From an uncultured Actinomycetota bacterium (GTDB lineage Bacteria > Actinomycetota > Actinomycetes > Propionibacteriales > Nocardioidaceae), in contig CAVVQR010000017.1 in assembly GCA_963750445.1 (NCBI GenBank), positions 116,016 through 180,015 on the forward strand: 64,000 bases of DNA. The letters are read 5' to 3'. This document shows positions 27,003 through 37,084 of this stretch, piece by piece (positions within the stretch are counted from its first letter, which is position 1; every line of letters begins with the position of its first letter). Below the pieces are notes generated by a model. It saw only the letters and a list, made by a program, of their open reading frames with translations. It made no database searches and had not been told where the DNA came from. A program made the translations under genes and the position numbers.

Positions 27003-27494
27003 TCAGACCTTGTAGGGCTCCGCGTCGGTGATCGTGACGGTGAGCTCCTTGCCGTTGGGCGCGGAGTAGGTGACCTCGTCGCCCGTGGTCTTGCCGTTGA
27101 TCGCAGCGCCCATCGCCGACTGCGGCGAGTAGACGTCGAGGGTGTCGCCCTCGGAGAGGTTCTCGCGGGCGCCGAGGAGGAACTTCTCGGTGTCGCCGCC
27201 GCCGAAGTCGACGGTCACGACCATGCCCGGCTCCACGATGCCGTCGTTGGGGGGCGTCTCGCCCACCTCGGCGCGGCGGAGCATGTCCTCGAGCTGACGG
27301 ATCCGGGCCTCCTGCTTGCCCTGGTCGTCCTTTGCTGCGTGGTAGCCGCTGTTCTCCTTGAGGTCGCCCTCGTCGCGTGCGGCCGCGATCTTCTCGATGA
27401 TCTCCTGGCGCTTGGGTCCCTTGAGGTCCTCGAGCTCGGCCTGCAGCTTGTCGTAGGCCTCCTGGGTCAGCCACATGGTGCCCTGGTCGGTCAT
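27003..27494 (-). CDS. greA: Transcription elongation factor GreA
   Basis: WLTQEAY, ARDEGDLKENSGYHAAK, YSPQSAMG; AGGAG RBS. Confidence 0.96.
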   Translation of the reverse strand: MTDQGTMWLTQEAYDKLQAELEDLKGPKRQEIIEKIAAARDEGDLKENSGYHAAKDDQGKQEARIRQLEDMLRRAEVGETPPNDGIVEPGMVVTVDFGGGDTEKFLLGARENLSEGDTLDVYSPQSAMGAAINGKTTGDEVTYSAPNGKELTVTITDAEPYKV

Positions 27495-27703
27495 GTCGAT
27501 ACTCCTGCTTCGCGGGGTGCTGGATGCTGCGGTGCTGGGGGTGTGCCTCAGCGCAACCGCATCGGGTCGGTGGATCTCGTCCGTCCGATCGGAGGCAGCG
27601 CGGCAGCAGACGTGGGCCAGCGCTGCCGGACGGGCAGACCGACAGGCTAGCAAGCCCTACGGGAAAGCGCAGGTCGAGCGCTCCACAGGGGTGCGTGGGC
27701 CGG

Positions 27704-28096
27704 TCAGCGCGGGCGGGGCTGGCCGGGCGCGGTGCAGCCGAGCTTCTCGACCGTCGTGGCCCGCCGCTCGGTGCGGATCACGACCTCGTTGTAGCCCTCC
27801 ACCGGGGTGAACGCGAGCTCGCCCACGGTGGTGTGGTCCTCGGCGAAGGCGCGCAGCCGGCAGCTCGCGTCGACACCGTCGTCGCCGAGGGAGACGTTGA
27901 GCCGTGCCTGCATCTCGTGGTCGCTGGACACCTCGAAGGAGACCAGCTCGGAGCGGACCTCGGGGGTGCTGTGGAACCACGCCGTCCAGGCCAGCCAGGT
28001 CAGGCCGACCACGGCGAGGGTGACCGACAGGCCGAGGAACGCGGGCCGCCGCCACCGCGAGGGTGCGCCGTAGCGGTCGGCAAGGTCAGTGGTCAC
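27704..28096 (-). CDS. DUF4307 domain protein
   Basis: LADRYG N-terminus, single TM, CRLRA...VG, RTERRAT...GC; position between greA and mca. Confidence 0.8.
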   Translation of the reverse strand: MTTDLADRYGAPSRWRRPAFLGLSVTLAVVGLTWLAWTAWFHSTPEVRSELVSFEVSSDHEMQARLNVSLGDDGVDASCRLRAFAEDHTTVGELAFTPVEGYNEVVIRTERRATTVEKLGCTAPGQPRPR

Positions 28097-28134
28097 GCAC
28101 CGAAGCCTAAGAGGCGCCTCCTAGACTGAAGTCC

Positions 28135-29034
28135 ATGCCCCAGCACACCCCGGACCGGTCCCGCGCCGGACTCCGACTGATGCACGTCCACGCCCACCCC
28201 GACGACGAGTCGAGCAAGGGAGCGGCGTCGACCGCGATGTACGTCGCCGAGGGCGTCGACGTCCACGTGGTCACCTGCACCGGCGGCGAGCGCGGCTCGG
28301 TCCTCAACGCCAAGATGGATCGCCCTGAGGTCTGGGAGAACATCTCCGAGATCCGCCGCCAGGAGATGCACCGCGCCCGCGACATCCTCGGCGTCCGCCA
28401 GGACTGGCTCGGCTTCATCGACTCCGGGTGGCCCGAGGGCGACCCGAAGCCGCCACTCCCCGAGGGCTGCTTCGCGCTGGTCCCGCTCGAGGAGGCGACC
28501 GAGCGCCTGGTCCGGCAGATCCGCGAGTTCCGCCCGCACGTGATGACGACCTACGACGAGCGCGGCGGCTATCCGCACCCCGACCACATCCGGTGCCACG
28601 AGGTCTCGGTCGCGGCCTACCAGGCTGCCGGCGACCCGGAGCGCTTCCCCGACGCGGGGGAGCCGTGGCAGCCGATGAAGCTCTACTACCACCACGGCTG
28701 GAGCTGGGCGAAGACCAACGCCCTCCACGAGGCGATGCTCGCGCACGGCCTCGAGTCGCCCTACGCCGAGCGTCTCGCCAACTGGGAGCGCGAGGCCGAC
28801 TGGGACGACCGGATCACCACCAAGGTGCCGTGCGGCGACTACTTCGGCGTACGCGACCAGGCGCTGCTGGCCCACGCGACGCAGATCGACCCCGACGGCA
28901 TGTGGTTCGCGATCCCCCGCGAGATCCAGCAGAGCGTGTGGCCCACCGAGGACTACGAGCTCGTCGAGTCGACCGTGGAGAGCACGCGGCCCGAGGACGA
29001 CCTGTTCGCCGGGATCCCGACGCCCGCTCCCTGA
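28135..29034 (+). CDS. mca: Mycothiol conjugate amidase
   Basis: [38 protein letters not shown]; TAGACT -10 just upstream. Confidence 0.95.
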   Translation: MPQHTPDRSRAGLRLMHVHAHPDDESSKGAASTAMYVAEGVDVHVVTCTGGERGSVLNAKMDRPEVWENISEIRRQEMHRARDILGVRQDWLGFIDSGWPEGDPKPPLPEGCFALVPLEEATERLVRQIREFRPHVMTTYDERGGYPHPDHIRCHEVSVAAYQAAGDPERFPDAGEPWQPMKLYYHHGWSWAKTNALHEAMLAHGLESPYAERLANWEREADWDDRITTKVPCGDYFGVRDQALLAHATQIDPDGMWFAIPREIQQSVWPTEDYELVESTVESTRPEDDLFAGIPTPAP

Positions 29035-29057
29035 CGGGGAAGTGGGACACTGGGGCC

Positions 29058-29285
29058 ATGCTCACCCTGTTGCTCATCATGGTGGACGACCCGACGCCGG
29101 AGGAGAACGACGTCGTGGCCGGCCCGCTCGGCTTCGCCGTGTGGATCTTCATGATCCTCGCGGTGGTCGTGATCGGCTTCAGCCTGGTCAAGCAGCTCCG
29201 CAGGGCGCAGGCGGCCAAGGACGCCGGCGTCTACGGCGACGAGCCGGTGCAGAAGACCGACGAGGCCGAGAAGGCCGACAGCTGA
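29058..29285 (+). CDS. Small single-TM membrane protein
   Basis: DVVAGPLGFAVWIFMILAVVVIGFSLVKQLR; directly downstream of mca. Confidence 0.7.
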   Translation: MLTLLLIMVDDPTPEENDVVAGPLGFAVWIFMILAVVVIGFSLVKQLRRAQAAKDAGVYGDEPVQKTDEAEKADS

Positions 29286-29335
29286 TCCGGGTCTCGTGAC
29301 AGGCGCCGGGGCGCCTTCCTCGACCGACGCCGCGG

Positions 29336-29950
29336 TCAGCGGCGGACCAGCCGCACCAGGCAGTCCCATGCCGTACGCCGTTCCTCGCCGCCGTGCTCGT
29401 CGGCGCGGGTGACCTCGCGGGCGACCCGCTCGGCGCGGACCACCTCGACGTCGATCCCCTCGAGATCGGCCAGCACGTCGTCGGCGCTCATCAGCACCGC
29501 CGGGTCCTGCGGCCCGCCGGTGCCTTCGGTGAGGTTGGTCGAGTCGTGGGCGACGAGCAGGAGCGTGCCGCCGGGCCGCAGCATCGTGACGGCACTGCGC
29601 ACCGCGCGCCGACGGTCCTCGGCCGGCACCTGGAGGTAGGCGATGACCACCAGGTCGACCGGGGCGGGCGGCTGCCAGGTCGTCGCGTCGGCGCAGACCC
29701 AGGTCACGTCGCCCGCGAGGTCCGCCGTGAGCCGGGCGCCCTTGTCGAGCGCGACCTGGGAGAAGTCGACCGCTGTCGCCGACCACCCGCGTGAGGCGAG
29801 CCAGATCGCGTTGCGGCCCTCGCCCGCGGCGAGGTCGACCGCGGTGCCGGGCGCGAGGTCGGCGAGCTCGGCAGCCACGAACTGGTTGGGCTCCTGCGAC
29901 CAGACGAGCTCCGCGGCGGCGTATCTCTCGTCCCACGCTCGTGCGTCCAT
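29336..29950 (-). CDS. Class I SAM-dependent methyltransferase
   Basis: WDERY, VDLAAGEGRNAIWLA, VDFS, LRPGG. Confidence 0.9.
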   Translation of the reverse strand: MDARAWDERYAAAELVWSQEPNQFVAAELADLAPGTAVDLAAGEGRNAIWLASRGWSATAVDFSQVALDKGARLTADLAGDVTWVCADATTWQPPAPVDLVVIAYLQVPAEDRRRAVRSAVTMLRPGGTLLLVAHDSTNLTEGTGGPQDPAVLMSADDVLADLEGIDVEVVRAERVAREVTRADEHGGEERRTAWDCLVRLVRR

Positions 29951-29960
29951 GCGCGACAGC

Positions 29961-32095
29961 CTAGGCGGGAGGCGGGCGGCCGGGCAGCCACCAGTTCCAG
30001 CGACCCAGCAGGGTCATGGCCGCCGGCAGGAGCAGGCCGCGCACGACGGTGACGTCGAGCAGCACGGCCACGGTCATCCCCACGCCGATCTCCTTGACGG
30101 CCACCAGCTCGCCGGCGACGAAGCCGAGGAACACGATGCCGATGGCGACCGCCGCGAGCGTCACGACCGGCCCCGACGCGACGATCCCCTCGAGCACCGC
30201 TGCGTCGTTGTGGGCACGGGTGCCGCGCTCCGGCGCCTTCGCACGTCGGGGGGCGTCCCAGGCCTCGCGGATCCGGGCGACGAGGAAGACGTGGTAGTCC
30301 ATGGAGAGCCCGAAGGCGAACATGAAGAGCAGCAGGGGAGTGGTGAGGTCCAACGCTCCCCACGAGTCGAAGCCGAGCAGCGAGGAGCCCCATCCCCACT
30401 GGAAGATCGCGACGACGACGCCGAGTGTCGCGCCGAGTGAGAGCAGGTTGAGCACGACTGCCTTGACGGGCACGACCACCGACCGGCTCAGGCGTCCCAG
30501 CAGGAGAGCGGTGGCGAGGACGACGAGCAGGAGGGCCAGGGGAAGTCGATCGGCCAGCGCGGCCCGGGTGTCGACCAGCTCGGCAGCAGGCCCACCGACC
30601 AGCACCGGCACGCCGAGGTCGGTCTCGCGCAGCCTCGTCACGAGCGCCTGGGCCTGCGGACCGTCCGTGGCTCCGTCGGGCTCGACCTGGATCTGGCTGC
30701 TTCCGTCGGGCATCGGGTCGAGGAGGAGGAGGTCGGCCACGCCCTCGAGGTCCGCGAGGCGCGCCAGCAGGCGTGCCGTGTCGGGCGAGCCGGGGTCCGA
30801 CCCGGCGAGCACCGTGAGGGGTGTGGTCCGGAGGTCCGGATAGGACCGGTCGATGATCTCCTGCGCCTGCCGGGGCTCGCTGTCGCGCGGCAGCGAGCGG
30901 GCGTCGGAGTTGCGCAGGTCGAGCGACAGGAGCGGGGCCGCGAGCAGCAGGAGCAGGGCGGTGCAGCCCACGAGCACGACCCACGGTCGACGCTGGGCGG
31001 TCCGTGCGAGACGCGGCAGCAGCGCAGTGGCGCTGGGGGTGCCACCGAGGGGGCGACCGGGAGCGGGCGGGGGCACGCGCGAGTGCGCGACGGCCAGCAG
31101 GGCAGGCATCAGGGTCAACCCGGCCGCGGTGGCGGTGCCGACGGCCACCAGCCCGCCGACCGCCATCGGCGACAGCACCGGGTCACCGAGCAGGAGCAGG
31201 CCGGCCATGGCCGTGCCGACCGTCAGCCCGGAGACGAGGACCGCGCGACCGGCGGTGCTGACGGTCGCGGCCAGTGCGTCGGCGACCGCCGCGTCCCGGT
31301 CGTACGCCGACCCTGCCGCGCGCGCTCCTCGCGGAAGCGAGCCAGCACCAGGAGCGCGTAGTCGACGGCCAGAGCCCAGGCCGAGCAACGTCACCACGTT
31401 GACGGCGTACTCGCTCACGGGCGTGAGTCGCGCCAGGGAGGCAAGCGCCAGAAGGGCTCCCGCCACCGCTGCCAACGCCGTCGCGACGGGCAGCACCCCG
31501 GCCACGAGCCCGCCCAGCGCGACGACGAGCACCACCAGCAGCACCACGACGGCGATGCCCTCGCCGCGGGCGGCGTCGGTGATCGCCTGGTCCGCGAAGG
31601 CCTCCTCCGCCAGCAGCGGGCCGCCCACCGAGGATGCCCGGCATGTCGATCGAGCGGAGCTCGGCGGACACCGCCTCGGCGACCGCCAGCGACGCGTCGT
31701 GGTGGAGCCGGGGTCGAGCTCGACGGTGACGACAGTGCCGGACCCGGTAGGGGCGAGGAGGTCCTGGGCGCCGGTGGTCCAGGGGTCGCGCACCTCGTGG
31801 ACACCGGGCAGCTCGCGCACGACGTGCAGCACCCGGCTGGCCTGGTCGACCAGCTCGACGGCCATCACGTCGCGGCCGCTGAGCACGGCGACCACAAGCT
31901 CGCCCTCCGGGTCTGCCTGCGCCAGCTGCTGCTCGACCTGCGCGGACTCGGCGTCGGGGCGCGACGGGCTCGGGTGTCTGCGCCGAGTCGAAGACCGACC
32001 CGCCGAGCACGGCGCCGAGGAGCACCACACGCGCCCACGCGGTCGAGGACCCATCGGCGCCACCGGTGCAGCCGGCGTCCCAGGTCCTCGAGCAC
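29961..32095 (-). CDS. MMPL family transporter (several frameshifts)
   Basis: VLEDLGRRLHRWRRWV start; TAGRAVLVSG, FGLSMDYHVFL, DVTVVRGLLLPA..LLGRWNWW. Confidence 0.85.
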
Positions 32096-32235
32096 GAGGG
32101 GGACTGTAGCGGTGCAGACCCCTTCTGACGATGAGCAAACAAAAGTTGTTCACAAAGCGGCGGAGTGGCCCTAGGGTGAGCGACGTCACATTGCTCCCGG
32201 CGCTCGGTCGTCGGGACTCCCAGGAGGTCGTCCAG

Positions 32236-35200
32236 GTGTCGAAGTCCCCCCTCTCCACCCGTCGTCCCCGCACCCGTCGCCACCGCGGCCGGGTGGTGGC
32301 GGCGGCAATGGCCGGAGCCCTCGTGGCCGCCATCGGCGGCGGCCTGCCCGCATCCGCAGTGCCCAGCCGGTGACGAGCCGGCGTGACGATGCGTGCCTTC
32401 CAGCTCGGCCAGCCGATCTCGTCGCTGTGCGTGCTCAAGGCGGGGCAGACGCCCAACGTCGACCTGCTCAAGACCGACGATCGACTGGGACGCCCCGGAC
32501 GACTTCGGCGGCCTCCAGGACAACTACATGGTCAACGTCCTGGCCAACCTCACGATCGACGACGCCGGCACCTACATGTTCCGGCTGGTGAGCGACGACG
32601 GCTCCGAGCTCCTCGATCGACGACCAGCTCGTCGTCGACAACGACGGCCTCCACGGCGACGACGGCGATGGACGGCAGCGTCACGCTGAGCCCAGGGCGT
32701 CGCACCCCTGCGCATCGAACTACTTCGAGGCGACCAACGGCGAGCGGCTCACCCTGCTGCTGGCAGAAGCCCGGCGACGTCGACCTTCTCGGTCGTGCCG
32801 ACGTCCGTGCTCAGCACCGAGGCCGGCGTCACCCGCGTGACCGCACCGGGCTCCAAGCAGTGCGAGGGACAGACCGACGCCGCCGGCGACGGCCTCCAGC
32901 TCGACGCGGTCAACCCGGCCTACGACCTCACCGACCTGCGGCCGCAGGGATTCGAGCCCCAGGTCACCGGGCTGGACGTGGGATGGGCGACGACCTCCTC
33001 GTGCTCACCTGGGGCGGCAACGGCAACGACCAGGGCAACGTCGAGCTCGGCCAGCTCTACCGGCTCGAGGGAGTCAGCACCGCGACCAGCCCGGCCGACG
33101 TGACTCCCGTCCTGATCGCGGACGAGGCTCAAGGAGCCGCAGGGCATCAAGGTCGTGGACGGCGACGTCTACGTCTCGCGAGAAGGACCGGCCTGATCAA
33201 GCTCGTCGACGCAGACGGCGACGGTGTCTACGAGAGGCAAGACCGCAGATCGCTGCGTAGCCGTTCGACGGCAACTTCCACGAGTTCGGCTTCGGCATGC
33301 TCTACACAGGGACGGACATGTTCCACCTGAACCTGTCGGTCTCCATCAACCTCGGTGGCGCGACCACCGATCCCGCAGGGCTCGCCGCGACCGCGGCACG
33401 CACATCACCGATCGACAGGGCGACCGGCGAGATCGAGTACGTCGCCGGCGGCCTCCGGACCCCGCACGGCATGGGCTGGGGCCGGACGGTGAGATCTTCG
33501 TGACCGACAACCAGGGCGGGTGGCTGCCCGCCAACAAGCTCATCGAGATCAAGCAGGGCGAGTTCTACAACCACTTCACCACCGAGCCCGGTGGCCACCG
33601 GGCGAGTTCGACGACCAGCCGGTCACCAAGCCGGTGCTCTGGATGCCGCAGAACGAGATCGCCAACTCGCCCAGCACCCCGGTCGTGGTGGAGGACGGGC
33701 CCCTACGAGGGCCAGATGTTCATCGGCGACGTCACCTACGGCGGTCTCCAGCGCGCCGACCTCGAGAAGGTCGACGGTGCCTACCAGGGTGCGCGTCTTC
33801 CGGATGACCCAGGGCCTCGAGGCCGGGATCAGCCGGGTCCTCGCGGGCAAGGACGGCGCAGCTGATCGTCGGGGGCCTCGGCGCCGGCGGCAACTGGGGT
33901 CAGACCGGCAAGCTGCGCTACGGCCTGCAGAAGCTCGACCTCAGCGGTGACGATGCCCTTCGACATGCTGTCGATGGACGTCGATCGAGGGCGGCTTCGA
34001 GATCGACGTACACCAAGCCGCTGTCGGCCGACGACCATCGCGGGCCTGGCCGACTCCTACGAGCTCAAGCAGTGGCGCTACAGCGCGACGTCGCAGTACG
34101 GCGGCCCCAAGCTCGACGAGGAGACCCTCGACGTCACCAGCGCCACGGCCTCCGCCGACGGCAGGACGGTCACGGTGAAGGTCGGCGGGGATGAAGCCCG
34201 ACCGGGTGGTGCTACCTGCGCTCGCCGCGGCCCTTCGCCTCGGCCTCCGACGAGACCGCTGTGGAGCACGGAGGCGTGGTACACGCTGAACAGCTATCCG
34301 GGCTACGTCGCGCCGGAGCCCGAGCCCGCCGTGGACGGCATCTACGAGCTCGAGGACGGCGATCTCTCCGGCACGGCCGGTGTCGCGACCGAGCACGCCG
34401 GCTACACCGGCTCCGGTTTCGTCGACGGCATCCAGACCGTCGGGTCCGGCTCCGCGGTCGACCTCGTCACGCCGAAGGCCGGGACGTACGACCTGCAGAT
34501 CCGCTACGCCAACGGGCCGAACCCTCAGCCCAACCAGGCCAAGAAGATGAGTCTCTACCTCGGCGACGAGCGCCAGCAGGTCGTCCTGCCTCCACTGGGG
34601 GACTGGAAGACGTGGGGCACCTTCACCGTCCGTGCCGCCCTGCCCGCGGGGAGCACTCGCGCGGAGATCGTCTACGAGCAGGGTGATGACGGCAACGTCA
34701 ACCTCGATCACCTCAAGGTGATCGACCCGAGCGCAGGTCGTGTCGAGGCCGAGGACGGCGACGTCACCGGCACCGACAACCGCGTCCAGACCGAGCACGC
34801 CGGCTTCAGCGGCACCGGCTACGTCGGTGGCTTCGAGAACGACGGCACCGCGGTGACCTTCGACGTGAGCACGACCGCGGCCGGGTCCCACGACATCGAG
34901 CTGGGCTACGCCAACGGCCCGAACCCCCAGGCCGGCCAGACCAAGGTGATGTCGCTCTACGTCAACGGCACCTTCGTCAAGAAGCTCTCGCTCCCACCCG
35001 GCCAGACCTGGAAGGAGTGGCTCGTCCTCGAGGACCGGATCGAGCTGGCGGCCGGTGACAACGTCGTCACGATCCAGCGCGACCCCGGCGACAACGGCAA
35101 CGTCAACATCGACTACCTCGACCTCGGTGCACGCCAGGCGTGCGCCCCGGGCGAGGTGCCGGGCGCCGACGACGAGTTCGACGGCACCGCGCTCGACCTC

Positions 35201-37027
35201 TGCCGCTGGAGCACGATCCGCAACCAGACGGCCACCGGCGTCTCGGTCGCCGATGGCGCGCTGCGCATCGACGCCCAGCCCGGCGACATCTCAGGTGGTG
35301 CGGTCGACGCCAAGAACGTCGTGCTGCAGCCGGCTCCCGAGGACGGCACCTGGGCGGCGACGACGTCGATGACCCTCGCCGGCACCGACGACTACCTGCA
35401 GGGCGGGCTGGTCGCGTGGACCAGTGCCGACGACTACGCCAAGGTCGTCGCGATGCGCACCCCGCAGGGCCCGTGGGTCATCGAGTTCGGTCGTCGCATC
35501 GGCGGCCAGATGGTCTACACCAACAGCCCGGCACTGCCCGGTGCCCCGGACGACCTGCAGCTCCGGATGGTCTCCACCGGCTCGGTGATTCAGGCGAAGT
35601 ACTCCGTCGACCAGGGCGCGTCCTGGCTCTCGGTCGGCGCCGGCTACCCCTCCACAGGTCTGGTCGACCCGAAGATCGGGGTGGCGGCCTACAACGGCAC
35701 CGGCAGCGAGGTCGGCGTCTTCGACTGGTTCCGCGTCACCGAGCCGGTCGTCGAGCCCGACACGTGCGAGGCGACGGAGGCCGACCCGGGCTACCGGATG
35801 CTCTACGACGGAACGGCCGCCAGCCTCGAGGACTGGAACATGGCCGGGCCGGGGTTCTTCACCCGTGAGGCCGACTGCACCCTCATGACCCACGGTGGTC
35901 TCGGCCTGCTGTGGCACTCCGAGCCGCTGGAGGACGACTACTCCCTCCAGCTGGACTGGAAGCTGACCAAGGACGACAACGGCGGCGTCTTCGTCGGCTT
36001 CCCCGACCCGGGCACCGACCCGTGGGTGGCGGTCGACCACGGCTACGAGATCCAGATCGATGCCACCGACGACGCCGACAGCACGACGGGTGCGGTCTAC
36101 AACTTCCAGTCCGCCGACCTGACGGCGCGCGACGCAGCGCTCAACCCGGTCGGCCAGTGGAACCACTACGAGATCCGGGTCGAGGGCAAGCGGATCCGGA
36201 TCTACCTCAACGACGACCTGGTCAACGACTTCTCCAGTCCGCACGAGCGAGACCGGCCGGTTGAACTGGCCGTCCTACTTCGGCCTGCAGAACCACGGCA
36301 ACGGCGAGAGCGTCCTCTACCGAGACGTCCAGCTCAAGGAGCTGAACGACCCGGAGAACGTCGCCTCGACCGTCACCGTGACCGCTCCTTCCTCAGTGCA
36401 GACCGGCACGAAGGCGACCGTCGAGGTCGAGGTGACCTCGGCCGCCCAGCAGGCGCCGACCGGTGAGGTGGTGCTGTCCGTGGACGGCACCGATCTGCCG
36501 GCCGTCGACCTGGCGGACGGCAAGGCGTCGATCGAGGTCGGCCCGTTCGCCACCGCGCGCACGGTCTCGCTCGTCGCGACCTACGCCGGTGACATGGCCG
36601 TCGACGCCGGGCAGGGTACGGCGGAGCTGACGGTGGTGACGCCGACGACGACCACACCGACGCCGACGCCGACCCGACGCCGACACCGACGCCGACACCG
36701 ACGCCCACGCCGACGCCGTCCACCCACCCGTCGGTGAGCGCGGGCGGCGGGAAGGTGGACGCGGTGCCCAACCGGCGCCGGGCCAAGGTCACGCTGGAGT
36801 GCGGAGCCGCGGGATGTGAAGGCCGGGCCGTTCTCCGCACGCGCGGTGGGAAGAAGCTGGGTGCCGGCTCGTTCGACCTCGACGCCCGCGAGAAGGGCAC
36901 GGTCGTGGTCACGCTCAACGCCCGGGCGCGGGCCCAGCTCGGCAAGCGCGCGGTCGTCCGGGCCGTCCTGGTCGTTCGCTTCGAGGACGGCGGCACCCAG
37001 CGGTTGAAGGTGCGACTGAAGCGCTGA
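32236..37027 (+). CDS. Large secreted multidomain glyco-enzyme: PA14, sugar-dehydrogenase-like beta-propeller, 2x CBM35/CBM6, beta-sandwich, DUF1080, Ig-like, Pro/Thr linker, basic C-terminal domain (many frameshifts)
   Basis: CAGGAGG RBS; signal peptide ..LPASA; YMFRLVSDDGS (PA14); GLRTPHGMG..VTDNQG.W; duplicated EHAG.G.G.V/YANG/GNVN.D; DNGGVFVGFP, GYEIQID, QWNHYEI, GLQNH (DUF1080). Confidence 0.75.
36639..36730 (+). repeat. Hexanucleotide CCGACG/CCGACA repeat encoding a Pro-Thr linker
   Basis: Direct inspection; translates as TPTPTP. Confidence 0.75.
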
Positions 37028-37032
37028 CGCCC

Positions 37033-37079
37033 CTCGACGCCGGTCCTGCCCACCCCGTGTGGGAAGGGCCGGTGTCGAG
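37033..37079. terminator. Hairpin between convergent genes (probable bidirectional terminator)
   Basis: CTCGACGCCGGTCCT.CCCAC...GTGGG.AGGGCCGGTGTCGAG. Confidence 0.65.
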
Positions 37080-37084
37080 CCGGG

